Source: Pseudogymnoascus verrucosus (Eukaryota). Taken from it: a stretch of DNA of 64,000 nucleotides. A program made the position numbers and the translations under genes. Shown here piece by piece: positions 62,511-64,000 of the stretch (its first letter is position 1; each line of letters starts with the position of its first letter). The stretch is from the NCBI GenBank assembly GCA_001662655.1, contig KV460210.1. One strand, 5' to 3'. The notes under the pieces are model-generated. The model ran no database searches. It had not been told where the DNA came from and saw only the letters and a list, made by a program, of their open reading frames with translations.

Positions 62511-63118
62511 CAGCATGCTTAATTTTAACTCCATGCCTAGATAGAAATGTAGCATAGCTAGTCGAAGTTTAGGCCCCATCAAGATTCTGCACAATTCTAG
62601 TATTTTCTCCAGAGCTGTGCGGTGGCCTGGGGTCCAGGCACAGCTGGGGCATGCTGGCGGGTTCTTGCGGGTTGGGGATAGGGGTAGGCTTCGCAGCAGC
62701 CAGCAGAGGCTAATCCGCCATTAAAAGGGACCATTAACAACGAAAAACATATATTTCAAAAATAGCAATGGGGTTTGACGATTCCATTTAGATTTTCTAC
62801 AGCTAGGAAGAGAAAGACTTGTCAAAGCCAGAAGGGGCCGAGCAGAGAATCCATGCCCTACACCTAATAAGCCGCCTGTATCAACGGCCCCACTGTCTCG
62901 ACTCCATATAACCCCTCCCGTACCAACACGTCAATCCACCAACCTTTCAACTTTAACCTCCCAGCCTAGGTTCCTCATCTCGCTATCCCAGATACCTGCG
63001 CTTCATCTCCCCTGCTTATGTTTTATCTTTTAGGTGCTGAAAACATCTCGATGCGTTTTAAATTATTTCTTCTCAACCTTGGGTCCTTCGCGTGGATTTA
63101 TGCAGGTTCGACTTCTCT

Positions 63119-63556
63119 CTACATGTTGCCATCATTCAGAACACACTGCCATTGTCCCTTGAACGACTCTCCAGCAATGCAGGCATTGTTTCCCGGAGCC
63201 CAATAGCAGTCCCCGACATTGTCAAGTCCATTCCTCATGATCCATAGACCATCGCCTCCACAGCCTTGCATGCTGTACTGGAAGTCGGTGTCGGGCACAG
63301 AGAAGCGGATATTGCAAGGATTTTGGTCGCCTGGCAGGCTTTGTCCTGTCGGTCCTGGGATGTAGGTCTTTCTCTTACATGGATCGACGCCGTTTGTCCA
63401 GGCTACCCAGAGGTTGTTGTAAGTTCCGAGGTTGATTTTGTTGGGGATTCGAGCCTGTCTTTTTGACAGGTTGGCGGAAGCAGGAAGTGTTGCTGCGGTG
63501 GCTAGGGATAGGCAGAGAAGTATTGCCTGCAGGCTGGTTGAAAAGTTGAGTTGCAT
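63119..63556 (-). CDS. Small secreted Cys-rich protein with Kex2 site
   Basis: Signal MQLNFSTSLQAILL.., LSKR, six Cys in the mature region (WT.G.DPC, NPC, QGCGG, C.W, C, W.C). Confidence 0.75.
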   Translation of the reverse strand: MQLNFSTSLQAILLCLSLATAATLPASANLSKRQARIPNKINLGTYNNLWVAWTNGVDPCKRKTYIPGPTGQSLPGDQNPCNIRFSVPDTDFQYSMQGCGGDGLWIMRNGLDNVGDCYWAPGNNACIAGESFKGQWQCVLNDGNM

Positions 63557-64000
63557 GATGGTAAATATATTTTTATATGTTCTGATAGTTGAGGCGGGCA
63601 CACGGGTAGCAAGTTGGATGTAGGCGGGTACGGATGTATGGAGAAATTATAGTAGCGGGATCCTTGATATATATTCTTTTGAGGCCAAGTGGGTAGAGAG
63701 GCTATGACAACCTTATTATCTGTTGCCCGTCCGAAGTAGAGATTGGAGGTATCCATTCTCGTTTCCCATTACAGCGTCTTGAATTGACGATCTGAGAACT
63801 TTTGAAGCTACGATGATCCTTTCTGCTCGAATAGTATGTTCTTCAAGAAGACCTGCCTAATGGAACGACTCGGTGAGAAATATGCGGCACATGTTCCCAG
63901 ACCTCTGTGACCAGATTCTCGTATTCATCCCGTCCGCACTTTACTTGGAACGGGGCTGGTTTTAAATGCTATCGTTTCAAAGCAATCAACCCTTGGCCAA

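Noticed and set aside
62765..62800. tRNA-like GCAATGGGGTTTGA
   Set aside because: No cloverleaf or matching A box could be built

Overview
Filamentous-ascomycete genomic DNA (spliceosomal GT-AG introns, Zn2Cys6 and Myb regulators; a Leotiomycete such as Pseudogymnoascus is my guess, not verified). The left ~39 kb mixes core genes (NDUFAF3-like, two Myb factors, Crh/Utr2 GH16) with accessory genes: a TF pair + MFS + DHDPS-family aldolase cluster, secreted Cys-rich proteins, a tannase/feruloyl esterase and an intronless bacterial-type GH84. The main discovery is at 39.4-59.0 kb, where two dispersed 5S rRNA genes (minus strand) are each split. The first is split by a 5.9-kb insert (39458-45391) bounded by a 5-bp CAAGC direct repeat and asymmetric ~30-bp terminal inverted repeats. 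Its only cargo is a HeLo-NACHT-ankyrin-SPRY NLR-like gene inactivated by RIP-type stops. The second 5S is broken at the same CAAGC site by a ~10.7-kb segment (48231-58970) whose right terminus is homologous (26/34 nt) to that of the first. It carries an intact Zn2Cys6 / PaiB / PLP gamma-lyase cluster and a toxin-like preproprotein pseudogene. I saw no tyrosine-recombinase captain, so these look like miniature, non-autonomous, 5S-targeting Starship-like cargo elements, with a LysM pseudogene between them flanked by a 35-bp direct repeat. Exon boundaries were read by eye and are approximate.
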